Shown here piece after piece: positions 9,418 to 18,988 of a stretch of DNA of 64,000 nt. The stretch's first letter is position 1; each line of letters opens with the position of its first letter. The stretch is taken from the IMG/VR virus record IMGVR_UViG_3300037042_006844, positions 124,001 through 188,000 of that record. One strand, given 5' to 3'. The notes beneath the pieces were generated by a model. The model was not told where the DNA came from. It did no database searches and was given only the letters and a program-made list of their open reading frames with translations. Made by a program: the position numbers and the translations under genes.

Positions 9418-9962
9418 ATATGGTGCGCGATCTGTTTTCAATGAACGAAATTCACAATAATACGTTGCAACTTCTTGAAGTTCTTGAGCCTCAAGAATTT
9501 GCAACCAGACCAACGCTATCGCAAATCATTGCTGAGTATCCAATAACCAATGGTAACTGGGAAGCTGCGACACGAAAGGATTGTTATCACAACCACCGTG
9601 GTCCAGGTCGTGCCAAAACTTTAGAAGAAGCCTTGAAACGCGTGGTTAGTCATTGGGAGACCGATCCAATGCCGCCCCCAAATTGTCCGCCGTTTTCTAT
9701 AATAGAAGAATGGATAGTTCGTGGACCGATAATAAATGTCATTTTGCCGCAGTATTGTTGTTTGGACCCTTGGAACCGAAATTTTGAAAACAACCCCGTT
9801 CTTGCAGCAATGGGGCTGACCACACCAATCCGTATAACATATAATAAAAGATCCATTGCAACGATTCGATGGACCACTGTCAATAAACAAGCAGTGTGCT
9901 GCGTGGAGTTGGGATCGACTGTGATAGCCAGCCCTTGGTTGTTCGGAATTTCACATAAATAA
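9414..9962 (+). CDS. hypothetical protein, YPI/LDPW family copy 3
   Basis: YPITNGNW, LDPWNRNF. Confidence 0.6.
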   Translation: MNMVRDLFSMNEIHNNTLQLLEVLEPQEFATRPTLSQIIAEYPITNGNWEAATRKDCYHNHRGPGRAKTLEEALKRVVSHWETDPMPPPNCPPFSIIEEWIVRGPIINVILPQYCCLDPWNRNFENNPVLAAMGLTTPIRITYNKRSIATIRWTTVNKQAVCCVELGSTVIASPWLFGISHK

Positions 9963-10005
9963 CAAAAGCCGCAAATTTCGTCAAATTTTTTCTATTTATA
10001 TTCAT

Positions 10006-10428
10006 ATGAGTGAACTAACAAACAATACATTTAAGAAGCATCTTGGACTGCTTCACAATCGTCTCAACGAAATCGCAACACACGAAGGCAGAAGTGGCGA
10101 TGAGGCAATCGGACAAATGAACACCGATGCCGAGAAAAGCCCAGAAAGCGTTTTGGCGTATCTTCAAAACGTCACAGACAAAGCTGGCAACCCAGATTTC
10201 AGTGGCGACTGGGATCATTATAGGGGAACATATTATTTCCACGTAGATTATCCTGGTAGCAGAATGTCATCGGCAGAAATCCATGTCACTCCAAATAAAG
10301 GTGGCGGATCGCAATGGGAATTTCTAACAGTGCGCCCTCATCAAGTCAAAAGGGTGAATACACTTCAGGAAATTGGAGCTTTGGTCACTGACTGGCTGGA
10401 AAATCATGGTGCCGCCCCTGACGCTTGA
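10006..10428 (+). CDS. putative internal virion protein
   Basis: N-terminus TFKKHLGL..LNE shared with 26426-27004; TATTTAT upstream. Confidence 0.55.
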   Translation: MSELTNNTFKKHLGLLHNRLNEIATHEGRSGDEAIGQMNTDAEKSPESVLAYLQNVTDKAGNPDFSGDWDHYRGTYYFHVDYPGSRMSSAEIHVTPNKGGGSQWEFLTVRPHQVKRVNTLQEIGALVTDWLENHGAAPDA

Positions 10429-10481
10429 TAATATAGCGATTTTCTAAAAATCATTGATGTCGGAAAATTTCCCGACGGCAC

Positions 10482-10510
10482 ACCTCGATCAAAACAGATC
10501 GAGGTTTTTT
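10482..10510 (+). terminator. rho-independent terminator
   Basis: acctcgatc-aaaaca-gatcgaggt + T-run. Confidence 0.7.
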
Positions 10511-10547
10511 GTTGTGTGCCATGCATAACATATAGTTATTATAACAT

Positions 10548-11003
10548 ATGAAGTATCTAAAATCATTAGCATTGGCAACGTTGCTGGGTATATCGACCCT
10601 ATCAGCACAAACATTTACCAATGTAGTTGATCAGCGAGTTGAATCGCACGAAGAGTTCAATTACAACTACAAAAACCACTCCCAGACCATAACCAATCCG
10701 TTGACATTTTTTGTTACGTTTTCGGATGGTTCATCCACGAATATATACGGCAAATTGACTCACCAAGATAAAGAGCAAGTTGTGTTCTCTGGTATTGCCA
10801 GCACCAATCCGACGGTAATTATTCAACCAATCGATAATTTTTATGGAACCAAGCAAGGCAGTGAATGGAAATTCTATTTTCACACCAGTTCTCCACTAAC
10901 GGTTCACAGTTGGGGTGTATCAACGATCCCAGAGCCGTCTGTGTTGACAATCACTGGTCTTGCGATGATAGCATTTGCATTTTTCAGGAGGCACAGAGTA
11001 TGA
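10548..11003 (+). CDS. PEP-CTERM sorting domain protein
   Basis: Sec signal; C-terminal IPEPS + TM + RRHR. Confidence 0.85.
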   Translation: MKYLKSLALATLLGISTLSAQTFTNVVDQRVESHEEFNYNYKNHSQTITNPLTFFVTFSDGSSTNIYGKLTHQDKEQVVFSGIASTNPTVIIQPIDNFYGTKQGSEWKFYFHTSSPLTVHSWGVSTIPEPSVLTITGLAMIAFAFFRRHRV

Positions 11004-11158
11004 TGCGCCGATGCTGCGAAAAACATGTGATCAGCAAAAACGGGTTTTATCTTGGAAGTGAGAAGGTTCGCTTTCCAAACCTCAACACGCAGTTATGTAT
11101 GGTTTTCATTGTGCTTGTGAGCATAGGCATTGGCATTGCACTGGGCATGTATAAATAG
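11000..11158 (+). CDS. small membrane protein
   Basis: coupled start; C-terminal TM. Confidence 0.4.
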   Translation: MMRRCCEKHVISKNGFYLGSEKVRFPNLNTQLCMVFIVLVSIGIGIALGMYK

Positions 11159-11240
11159 CAACGCCAGTGCTATAGTAGTTTTATAAAAACGCAATAATAT
11201 TGGTGGCTGATAGTTATATCTAGTTGTTATAAACTTTAAT

Positions 11241-12302
11241 ATGACTGTTATCATCATACCATGTTTCACGTATTACTACGAGACTGAACCTCTCGAAAGA
11301 ATTCGGATATTGACATATGAATTCATTTTGAAAAACATCGACCGATATGCTGCCGATGTCGTTTGTTTTGTAGGACGAAACTGTGGATTTGAAACGCACA
11401 CCGAAATGCGTGGCAACAAAGAGCTTCGCTTCATTAACACTGCTGACTACGATCCCATGTATGGCGACGGTAGAATTGAGTTTAACACGTTTGCTGCGGT
11501 CAACACAATGTCTTCTGGAGACAAACTGATACTGGCTGATCTTGATCTCATCGTATACGATCCAGCGTATTTTACAGAAATCTTCAGTGACCTTGATAAA
11601 TACGACGTGGTGAGCACATTGGATACCCATGCAACGATGCCAACGTATCGCAAATTTAACGATAGACCCGCAAATGGTTGGATAAACGATGATCATCGTG
11701 ATCTGTCTTACCGATTAGAAATCATGAGACCCACTCCATATCGGGATGGAAAATCAAGATTTGCTCATTTTACGTTTGCATGTAGCTATGACTTTTTCAA
11801 GAGTGTTACCAACACACCCGCCACTATGGACGATTTCACACGCCTCGTCGCAACGAAATTTCCAAACGCACGAATCAAAGAGATCATATCCCACAGAAAC
11901 ACAGTGGGGATTCGTTCATCAAACCCCGATCCAGAAAGTTTGGATACGGGTGGATTTTCGTTACCAGGAGATGGAAATGACGATGTGCGCTGCACCGAAG
12001 AATCATTCGCCAAAATCAAAGCGTTCCACATCGGAGCGTTTTCCCACATACCAATATCAGTTTTACATTTGCTGGGTCTGCGCCAAAATTCTATCATGGA
12101 CAGCGGCGACATCATTTTGATGCCATTTTACATTTGCTGGGCAATCACCATGATGGACCGAGTTTATGATGATGCCACCAAAGCCAGATATTTGGCGTTG
12201 TTTGACACGGCACTGAAAAAATACAACATTGGACTTGACACTCCATATTTCAAACGATATCATCAACTATTCAAATCATACTACCGAACCCATTTGTTAT
12301 AA
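11241..12302 (+). CDS. putative GT-A glycosyltransferase
   Basis: N-terminal VIIIP strand and LILADLDL DxD motif. Confidence 0.5.
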   Translation: MTVIIIPCFTYYYETEPLERIRILTYEFILKNIDRYAADVVCFVGRNCGFETHTEMRGNKELRFINTADYDPMYGDGRIEFNTFAAVNTMSSGDKLILADLDLIVYDPAYFTEIFSDLDKYDVVSTLDTHATMPTYRKFNDRPANGWINDDHRDLSYRLEIMRPTPYRDGKSRFAHFTFACSYDFFKSVTNTPATMDDFTRLVATKFPNARIKEIISHRNTVGIRSSNPDPESLDTGGFSLPGDGNDDVRCTEESFAKIKAFHIGAFSHIPISVLHLLGLRQNSIMDSGDIILMPFYICWAITMMDRVYDDATKARYLALFDTALKKYNIGLDTPYFKRYHQLFKSYYRTHLL

Positions 12303-12306
12303 CCAT

Positions 12307-12900
12307 ATGAACGATGCTACTACCATTAAGAGAATCGCCGCTTTGCTGCAAACTCCTCGCTTGGAATTCAAATCCAAACAAAGCAACACCACAAAAGGAT
12401 TGTATGATTTGATCATCAAACACGTCCGCCCCACCCATACTGTTGTGGAGTTGGGCAGTTTCGCTGGAGTCAGCAGTGAGTTGTTTGCCATCCACTGCGA
12501 AACGTTGTATTGTATTGATCGTTGGGAACCGTATTGGGAAATCAAACAAACCGAACGTATGCAAACTGCCGAGCAACGTTTCGACAATATGACCAAAAAC
12601 TATACCAACATTGTCAAAATGAAAAGTGATAGTTTGGATGCCGTGAAGAATTTTGAGGACGAAAGCATTGATCTCATTTACATTGACAGTGATCATAGCA
12701 GTGCTCAAGTGGACAAAGAAATCAGAGCATGGATGCCCAAAGTCAAACCAACGGGATTGATAGCCGGGCACGATATCAATATGCCCACGGTATTCAAAGT
12801 GGTGATGCATTATTTTGATCCCACTTTGGTAGAGTTCTTCAATGACACGAGTTGGATCACTCAGAAAAATAACATGAACGTGTGGACAGCACCAGCTTAA
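12307..12900 (+). CDS. class I SAM methyltransferase (Methyltransf_24-like)
   Basis: VELGSFAGVS, IYIDSDH, PKVKPTGLIAGHD. Confidence 0.85.
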   Translation: MNDATTIKRIAALLQTPRLEFKSKQSNTTKGLYDLIIKHVRPTHTVVELGSFAGVSSELFAIHCETLYCIDRWEPYWEIKQTERMQTAEQRFDNMTKNYTNIVKMKSDSLDAVKNFEDESIDLIYIDSDHSSAQVDKEIRAWMPKVKPTGLIAGHDINMPTVFKVVMHYFDPTLVEFFNDTSWITQKNNMNVWTAPA

Positions 12901-12907
12901 AAAACAT

Positions 12908-13753
12908 ATGAGCATCAAAATTGATTGCGACATCATCACGGTTGCGCCAAGACATGTGGATTATCCAGCGTATCGTAAACGGCTCAAGGAGTTGGCACCC
13001 CATTTCAACAAAATCCATTATTTGTTCAACTACCACAGCGCAATACCTTACGCAGTTAATTACAGCGAAATGATTCGGCAAGACATCCCATTCTGTAATT
13101 TTATTGATGTGGATATGGTAAACACCAATGCTTCAGCACATTGGTATCATGCCACGTTAACAGAAGCCTTCAAACATTGCACCAGCAAATACATCCTAAT
13201 ACTTGAGCCAGATTTTATTTTTAATGTATCTGAAGTAATCGCCGCAATGTCAACGTTCGACCGAGATGTGTTGACATATTCTGTGCGTCCCACGCCGAGC
13301 GATTGTGAAGGGAACAAAAGCTTTTTTAGAATATCCCCATCATTTTTCATGGTTAGACGATCATTGGCATTGCAAACGGCACAAGATTTTAGCGAAGGAA
13401 TGACTGACAATTATACGGACCTTGATTTTCGAGAAGATGGAAGCACCGTATTGGTTAGATATCCACTAGAAAAGTTGAAATTGGTTGATTGTTTCAACAA
13501 ATTTACCAATGATTTGTGGAAGCTGACTACAGATATTTGTTTGTTGACCGATTTGGGAATAACCAACTATTTTCATTATGCGGGGATCACGCACAATTTC
13601 TCGTTGTGCAGCCACGGAAATTTCGGCGGGTTGCACAATACAGATAATTTTGTGCAGTATCTCAAAGACAATTTGGATGTGCCCGGAGTGGCTTATCATC
13701 CAGATTATATTAATAATACCCACACACATCTCGCAGCAATTGCCGCTCTATAA
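12908..13753 (+). CDS. putative GT-A glycosyltransferase-like protein
   Basis: YILILEPDF ExD motif; paralog of next gene. Confidence 0.55.
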   Translation: MSIKIDCDIITVAPRHVDYPAYRKRLKELAPHFNKIHYLFNYHSAIPYAVNYSEMIRQDIPFCNFIDVDMVNTNASAHWYHATLTEAFKHCTSKYILILEPDFIFNVSEVIAAMSTFDRDVLTYSVRPTPSDCEGNKSFFRISPSFFMVRRSLALQTAQDFSEGMTDNYTDLDFREDGSTVLVRYPLEKLKLVDCFNKFTNDLWKLTTDICLLTDLGITNYFHYAGITHNFSLCSHGNFGGLHNTDNFVQYLKDNLDVPGVAYHPDYINNTHTHLAAIAAL

Positions 13754-13778
13754 GGTTCTCAATTGATATTTATATCAT

Positions 13779-14630
13779 ATGAGCACTATTATCAATTGCG
13801 AAATTATCACTGTCGTCCCACGTTGTGTTGACTATCCCGCATTCAGAAAACGTCTCAAAGAGTTGGAACCATACGTCAACAAAATTCATTATGTTTTCAA
13901 CTATCATGCTGCCAGCCCGTCATCGTTCAACTACAGCGGTTTGATTCAACAAGACATGCCATTTTGTAATTTCATCAACATTGATGCGGCTACAATCCAT
14001 GACCATTGGTATAATGTGGGAATGAAAACCGCATTCGATCAATGCACCAGCGATTATGTTTTGTTTTTGGAGCCAGATTTTATATTCAAAACATCGGAAA
14101 TACTGAACGTGCTTTCAACATTTACCCGAGATATATTGACGCATGGTAATCGTCCCACGGTAAATTTTGGAGACGTTGACACATCGTATCCTTGTTTGTC
14201 CCCATCGTTTTTTATGGTGAAACGATCATTGGCATTGCAAACATCATTGGAATTCGGAGAAGGAACCATCGCTGATTACACCAATATTCAATTCAACATG
14301 GATGGAACCACTTCTTTGGTGGCACCAGCCGAAACCACTCGTCGGGTGGACTGTTTCAATAGATTCACAAACGATTTGTTCAAACTCACCACCGACATTT
14401 GTTTGTTGAGTGATCTTGGCATCACCAATTATTATCATTACAACGGCATCACTCATAATTTCACGTTGTGTCGCATGGGGGAGTATGCTACGTTGCACAA
14501 CGCAGAAGAGTTTGTGTGGTATCTTAATGAGAATTTGAATTTGGACGGGATTGCCTACGACCAAGCTTATATTGACGAGAGCAACACATATCTTGCTGCA
14601 ATCGGATCAAACAACAACAACAATAATTAA
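13779..14630 (+). CDS. putative GT-A glycosyltransferase-like protein (tandem paralog)
   Basis: YVLFLEPDF; colinear similarity to 12908-13753; TATTTAT upstream. Confidence 0.55.
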   Translation: MSTIINCEIITVVPRCVDYPAFRKRLKELEPYVNKIHYVFNYHAASPSSFNYSGLIQQDMPFCNFINIDAATIHDHWYNVGMKTAFDQCTSDYVLFLEPDFIFKTSEILNVLSTFTRDILTHGNRPTVNFGDVDTSYPCLSPSFFMVKRSLALQTSLEFGEGTIADYTNIQFNMDGTTSLVAPAETTRRVDCFNRFTNDLFKLTTDICLLSDLGITNYYHYNGITHNFTLCRMGEYATLHNAEEFVWYLNENLNLDGIAYDQAYIDESNTYLAAIGSNNNNNN

Positions 14631-14717
14631 AAAATAACACGATCATTGGGATGTGCATATGTATTATTGAAGGGAGTCATACAACTTGACTTCCGACACA
14701 CAAACACAAAAACACAT

Positions 14718-15131
14718 ATGACACAACCACAACACAGCAAAACTGGGAATGTTGACGGCAATCATCCCGATTTCCAACCATTCAAAACACATCCGAAGGA
14801 CAGCGACTTCTTAAACCCGGACGGCACCTTTAATCCTCGACATATTCGGGAACCACACGCCTATATGGCAGCTTATAACGAAGCGCATGGGTGTCCAGAA
14901 CAAAAACAGGCAGCATCGAGCGCAAAAACTCCCTACGAACTTCGTTGGGATATCCTCAAAGAAATGATTAGTGTCACTCAAAACGAGTGGTTCACCAAAA
15001 AAGAGATTGCGGAGCGCAACGCTGATAGAAGCGCAAGACCTGTGGAATACATTGGGGATTTTCCGCTAGACCGCGCAGTCGAACGTGCAGAGACAGTTTA
15101 CAGCAAATTCATTTGCAATAACAGAAAGTAA
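14718..15131 (+). CDS. hypothetical phage protein
   Basis: KTPYELRWDILK...AETVYSKFI; terminator at 15160-15192. Confidence 0.6.
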   Translation: MTQPQHSKTGNVDGNHPDFQPFKTHPKDSDFLNPDGTFNPRHIREPHAYMAAYNEAHGCPEQKQAASSAKTPYELRWDILKEMISVTQNEWFTKKEIAERNADRSARPVEYIGDFPLDRAVERAETVYSKFICNNRK

Positions 15132-15235
15132 AATCACCTAACTGTTTTATATAGATCGAAAATCCCGTCAACTTTCGCTGACGGGATTTTTGTTTTCCTT
15201 GACTTCATAAAAAGCGGGTGTATCTTGGTATCAAG

Positions 15236-15700
15236 ATGATAATTATAAAAGACAACTGCAACATTTTCGATGGTGGTGCTCAAGCCATCATTCATCAAGC
15301 CAACTGTTTCAACACGATGGGTAGTGGAATTGCCCGTCAGATTCGTGAACTCTATCCAGAGGCGTATGCTGCGGATTGCATGACAGACCGAGGAGATCGG
15401 CGCAAGCTGGGTCATTTTAGCTGGACAAAGACCGGCGATGGTAAGTTTCACATCTATAATTGCTATAGCCAATACGAATATGGCAGAGAACGTAGGCACA
15501 CCAATTACGAAGCAATTTACACGGGGCTTACTGACATCAAAGCACACGCTGAGTCGCATGGTCTGACCACGTTGAGTCTGCCGCATATGATGGGTTGTAT
15601 GTTGGGTGGCGGCAGTTGGAGAATTGTCGCTGCAATTATCGATGAGATTTTCTCCACCGATCCAGAAACGGCGTTGTATATCTGCAAATACAATCCTTAA
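15236..15700 (+). CDS. macro domain (ADP-ribose binding/hydrolase) protein
   Basis: IIHQANCFNTMGSGIA and GCMLGGGSW motifs; leaderless promoter. Confidence 0.9.
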   Translation: MIIIKDNCNIFDGGAQAIIHQANCFNTMGSGIARQIRELYPEAYAADCMTDRGDRRKLGHFSWTKTGDGKFHIYNCYSQYEYGRERRHTNYEAIYTGLTDIKAHAESHGLTTLSLPHMMGCMLGGGSWRIVAAIIDEIFSTDPETALYICKYNP

Positions 15701-15713
15701 AATAAAAAAACAT

Positions 15714-16064
15714 ATGAAAAATAGACCAGCAGTAGTTACGTTATTTGATAAAAACCGATGGGACAGCTATAAAGAGCGTTCTTATCAACCGTTTAATTGT
15801 GAAACATGGCAGAGTCTATTACGTTCTGACTTAGCAATTAGTGTGGATTACATCAACCAAACATTTACTGTGGTTAAAAATAGATATGGGTATTATGATA
15901 AAATCAAAAATGCTCCAATGAATTTGATGACCACGTTTATTTTCGATCCAGAATTGGATACGATGGAAAAACTTGGCAAATTTGGTCAGAAACCGTCAGA
16001 CGTTGGTATTACTAATAATAATAAACCTCAACAAACACTATTTGCATGGGAGGCACCGCATTGA
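15714..16064 (+). CDS. hypothetical protein
   Basis: ORF in operon. Confidence 0.55.
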   Translation: MKNRPAVVTLFDKNRWDSYKERSYQPFNCETWQSLLRSDLAISVDYINQTFTVVKNRYGYYDKIKNAPMNLMTTFIFDPELDTMEKLGKFGQKPSDVGITNNNKPQQTLFAWEAPH

Positions 16065-16804
16065 ACACCACATTGGAACTTGGCACTTTCGTAAACACGG
16101 TCGCCGTAAAAAATCATCCATTCAAAAAACTGGTGGCACATCACAAATGCGCCACTCCATTTGAATACATCATCGAAATTCTGCCAAAATGTAGTCCGAC
16201 AGGACCGTGGATTGCTGGTGGGGCATTGTTACGCACATACACTGGACAGCCTCTTGACAGCGATGTTGATGTGTTTTTTCAAAACAAAGAGCAGTGTGAT
16301 AGGTTCATCACCACCATTACAAGTGGTGCCTACGGTGGATCGATGGAAGATCGCAAGAAAAATCAATACACTGTGGAAACCCGGTTCAGCAACCAATGGC
16401 ACACCACAATCACCATGAACTACATGGGTCGGGACTGGAAGATTCAGTGCATTACATTCGTGTTTTTTAAGACCATTAATGAATTGTTTGAATCATTTGA
16501 TTTCGATGTGTGCATGATGGCATATGACGGTAATGAGTTGTATGTCAACAACACCACATTTGATGCAATCGAAAACAAAATGGTTAAGTTGATGAAAATC
16601 AACTATCCCAGTATTACACTAAAACGACTTGTCAAATACATGCGTCAGGGGTATAATGTTGATGACGCGGACGTTACAATGCTCGTCGCCAGTTTCCGAG
16701 GACCGAAGGAACCTGTTGGCATTATGGATGAAAGTGGTGAAAACGGAGGAAGGTGGGCAAAAATATCAAAAACCAACAATTGGTATATAAATTTGAGGCG
16801 ATGA
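16046..16804 (+). CDS. nucleotidyltransferase, CCA-adding/poly(A) polymerase head-like (start possibly TTG 16061)
   Basis: WIAGGALLR, DSDVDVF, FDFDVC, RLVKY..QGY. Confidence 0.75.
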   Translation: MGGTALNTTLELGTFVNTVAVKNHPFKKLVAHHKCATPFEYIIEILPKCSPTGPWIAGGALLRTYTGQPLDSDVDVFFQNKEQCDRFITTITSGAYGGSMEDRKKNQYTVETRFSNQWHTTITMNYMGRDWKIQCITFVFFKTINELFESFDFDVCMMAYDGNELYVNNTTFDAIENKMVKLMKINYPSITLKRLVKYMRQGYNVDDADVTMLVASFRGPKEPVGIMDESGENGGRWAKISKTNNWYINLRR

Positions 16805-16817
16805 TTTAAGAAAATTT

Positions 16818-17057
16818 ATGAGCAAATATAAAACAAAAACGGCAATGGAAATCCGAATTGAACACTCCGAGTCTGAAGGACAGTATCTAAAAGTCTGTCA
16901 GGCAGACAATTGTATTGGTCTATATGCTATGAACTCGAAACATGATGGTTTAGTTTTGGGTTGTCTTGAGATCGATCCTGGCATGGCACCTATGCTAATC
17001 AAGGCGATTCAAAGAGTGGCGGACTGCATTAATGATAATAATGATAATAAGGAATAA
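16818..17057 (+). CDS. hypothetical protein
   Basis: ORF in operon. Confidence 0.5.
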   Translation: MSKYKTKTAMEIRIEHSESEGQYLKVCQADNCIGLYAMNSKHDGLVLGCLEIDPGMAPMLIKAIQRVADCINDNNDNKE

Positions 17058-17122
17058 ATTATTATGAGTGTTGATTATACTAATAAAGTGGGGAGTATTG
17101 TGCTGGATATCTTAACAAACAT

Positions 17123-17365
17123 ATGACTGTAGGAAATTTAATTGAGTTATTGAAAGCGCAGGATCAGAACTTGCCTGTTATGGTTCGAGGATATGAGGCT
17201 GGCGTTGATGATGTAACTAGTATCCGTCGGATGAAAGTTGTATTAAATGCAAATACCACCGAATGGTATTATGGAGATCATGAGCCTTATGATTTGAAGC
17301 AATTAGACATACCGGAAAATGCCGTGACAGCTTTGTTCTTACAAGGAGGTTCGGAGATCGTATGA
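17123..17365 (+). CDS. hypothetical phage protein
   Basis: MTVGNLIELLK..DQNLPV...GYE N-terminus typical of small phage ORFs. Confidence 0.65.
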   Translation: MTVGNLIELLKAQDQNLPVMVRGYEAGVDDVTSIRRMKVVLNANTTEWYYGDHEPYDLKQLDIPENAVTALFLQGGSEIV

Positions 17366-17649
17366 GAATTGACGTTCTACCAATCACGATGGTCAAAGTA
17401 ACATGTCTGGATGCTGACTGTCCATACACAAAAAAATGTGCAAACCATGTATCTGCCGATTTTGGGCGCAATCAATGTGGATTTAGTCCACAGTTGTCGA
17501 AGCTTAAATGCGGCGGGGTTTTTTGTGATACCAAACGGAAAAAAGTGCAACGCACCGATGCTTTTGAGGGATTGCCAGAAAACTACGTCAGACTCGATCA
17601 TGGTGCTGTGCTATGGCACGCCCTAAGAAATTTAGTTATGGATTATTGA
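17362..17649 (+). CDS. Cys-rich hypothetical protein
   Basis: coupled ORF with several Cys. Confidence 0.5.
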   Translation: MRIDVLPITMVKVTCLDADCPYTKKCANHVSADFGRNQCGFSPQLSKLKCGGVFCDTKRKKVQRTDAFEGLPENYVRLDHGAVLWHALRNLVMDY

Positions 17650-17873
17650 TCTTTATCCCAGCGTAGAGTTGCCAATTAAGATTCGTATTGATGGGCATGA
17701 TGATGGAGCACTTGAAGCGCAAATTGGTGCGGATGAGATTGATGAATTTGTTGAAAGAATTTCGACATTTTGTGGGGGAGTTCATACACCATTGCTTAGG
17801 GATCATTTTGAATTCAAACGCACAGATTAACTTGACACGGGATAAAAAAAGTGATATAGGATATAGTATTTAT

Positions 17874-18095
17874 ATGAATTTAATAAGTTTAGTGAAAACA
17901 GAAAACATTGAAGATTTGCCAAACGCACTTAGAGCATTGGCAAACATCGCTGAAACCGATATTAAAAGAATGGGGAGTTCTGCCAATTCGATTGGTATTT
18001 TTGGGGAGATAGATGGCGTTGTGGGCGATTTTGATTATGAGGTAAATTGCTCTCATTTAAGTGGACTTTCAGACTATATTGAAAAAAATAATTAA
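17874..18095 (+). CDS. hypothetical protein
   Basis: promoter-like TTGACA at 17832 upstream. Confidence 0.45.
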   Translation: MNLISLVKTENIEDLPNALRALANIAETDIKRMGSSANSIGIFGEIDGVVGDFDYEVNCSHLSGLSDYIEKNN

Positions 18096-18096
18096 T

Positions 18097-18543
18097 ATGG
18101 AACAACTATTAGCACATATATTCGGGGACTACATCTTTCAGTCAGATTATCAGGCATTAAACAAAAGCAAGAGGTCGTTTCCATGTTTTCTGCATGTATT
18201 GATCTATACAAGTATGTTTTTGTTTCTCACCACCAGTTGGAAGGCATTGCTGGTAATCGGTGGGGTGCATTTTGTATTGGATAGGTGGCACTTCATTATT
18301 CGTAGGTTAATTTGGTGTAAGAATCATCTTGGACCTGGACTATCGTATGTTCCATTTGCCAAATGTAATGCGACTGGCTATTATGATAACCTTATGAATG
18401 AGGTCACAAATCATCCGTCAACAAATGAGGAGATCAATGGATACACTCCCCGCCTCAATTATATTACGATTTGGCTTTATATCATTACGGACAATGCCAT
18501 CCATTTGTTGACAAATTATTTGGCACTCAAATATCTAGCGTAA
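18097..18543 (+). CDS. DUF3307-like membrane protein
   Basis: LAHIFGDYIFQ, HFVLDR, DNAIH. Confidence 0.8.
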   Translation: MEQLLAHIFGDYIFQSDYQALNKSKRSFPCFLHVLIYTSMFLFLTTSWKALLVIGGVHFVLDRWHFIIRRLIWCKNHLGPGLSYVPFAKCNATGYYDNLMNEVTNHPSTNEEINGYTPRLNYITIWLYIITDNAIHLLTNYLALKYLA

Positions 18544-18559
18544 ATCCATATTTATTGAT

Positions 18560-18901
18560 ATGAAACGCATTCTTTTTTCTATGGCTCTGGTTGCAACCGC
18601 ATTGGTGGGGTGTGCCTCACATGAAACCACGGAGTCTCCCCAGCCCCCATCTACTGTGATTTACTATTATGATCCAATGCCCCCTTCGATGTGGATATAC
18701 GAGTCACGTTTTTATCGCCACACACCCAGACCGGGTGTTGTTGTAGCAAGACCTCCGCATCGTGAGCCGCCACATGGGCATGATGATCACAGAGTTGCAC
18801 CAACACCACCAATACCACCACCCGTCAAGGCACCTCCAGTGCATAACAACAACAAAATGCAGCCCCAGCCCGCAAATCGCATACATAATAGCGAGCGTTG
18901 A
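18560..18901 (+). CDS. Pro-rich lipoprotein
   Basis: lipobox LVGC; TATTTAT upstream. Confidence 0.65.
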   Translation: MKRILFSMALVATALVGCASHETTESPQPPSTVIYYYDPMPPSMWIYESRFYRHTPRPGVVVARPPHREPPHGHDDHRVAPTPPIPPPVKAPPVHNNNKMQPQPANRIHNSER

Positions 18902-18932
18902 CAAATTGAGGTGGTTGTGTTAAGATAGTTAA

Positions 18933-18988
18933 ATGGTCGGAATTCCTCCTCTTGGCTAAAGCCGAAGAGGTTTCCTTCCTCCAAAAAT
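18933..18988 (-). mobile_element. solo IS200/IS605 end hairpin remnant
   Basis: cctcttggctaaagccgaagaggtttcc hairpin, resembling ends at 24640-24670; related copy at 40168. Confidence 0.7.
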
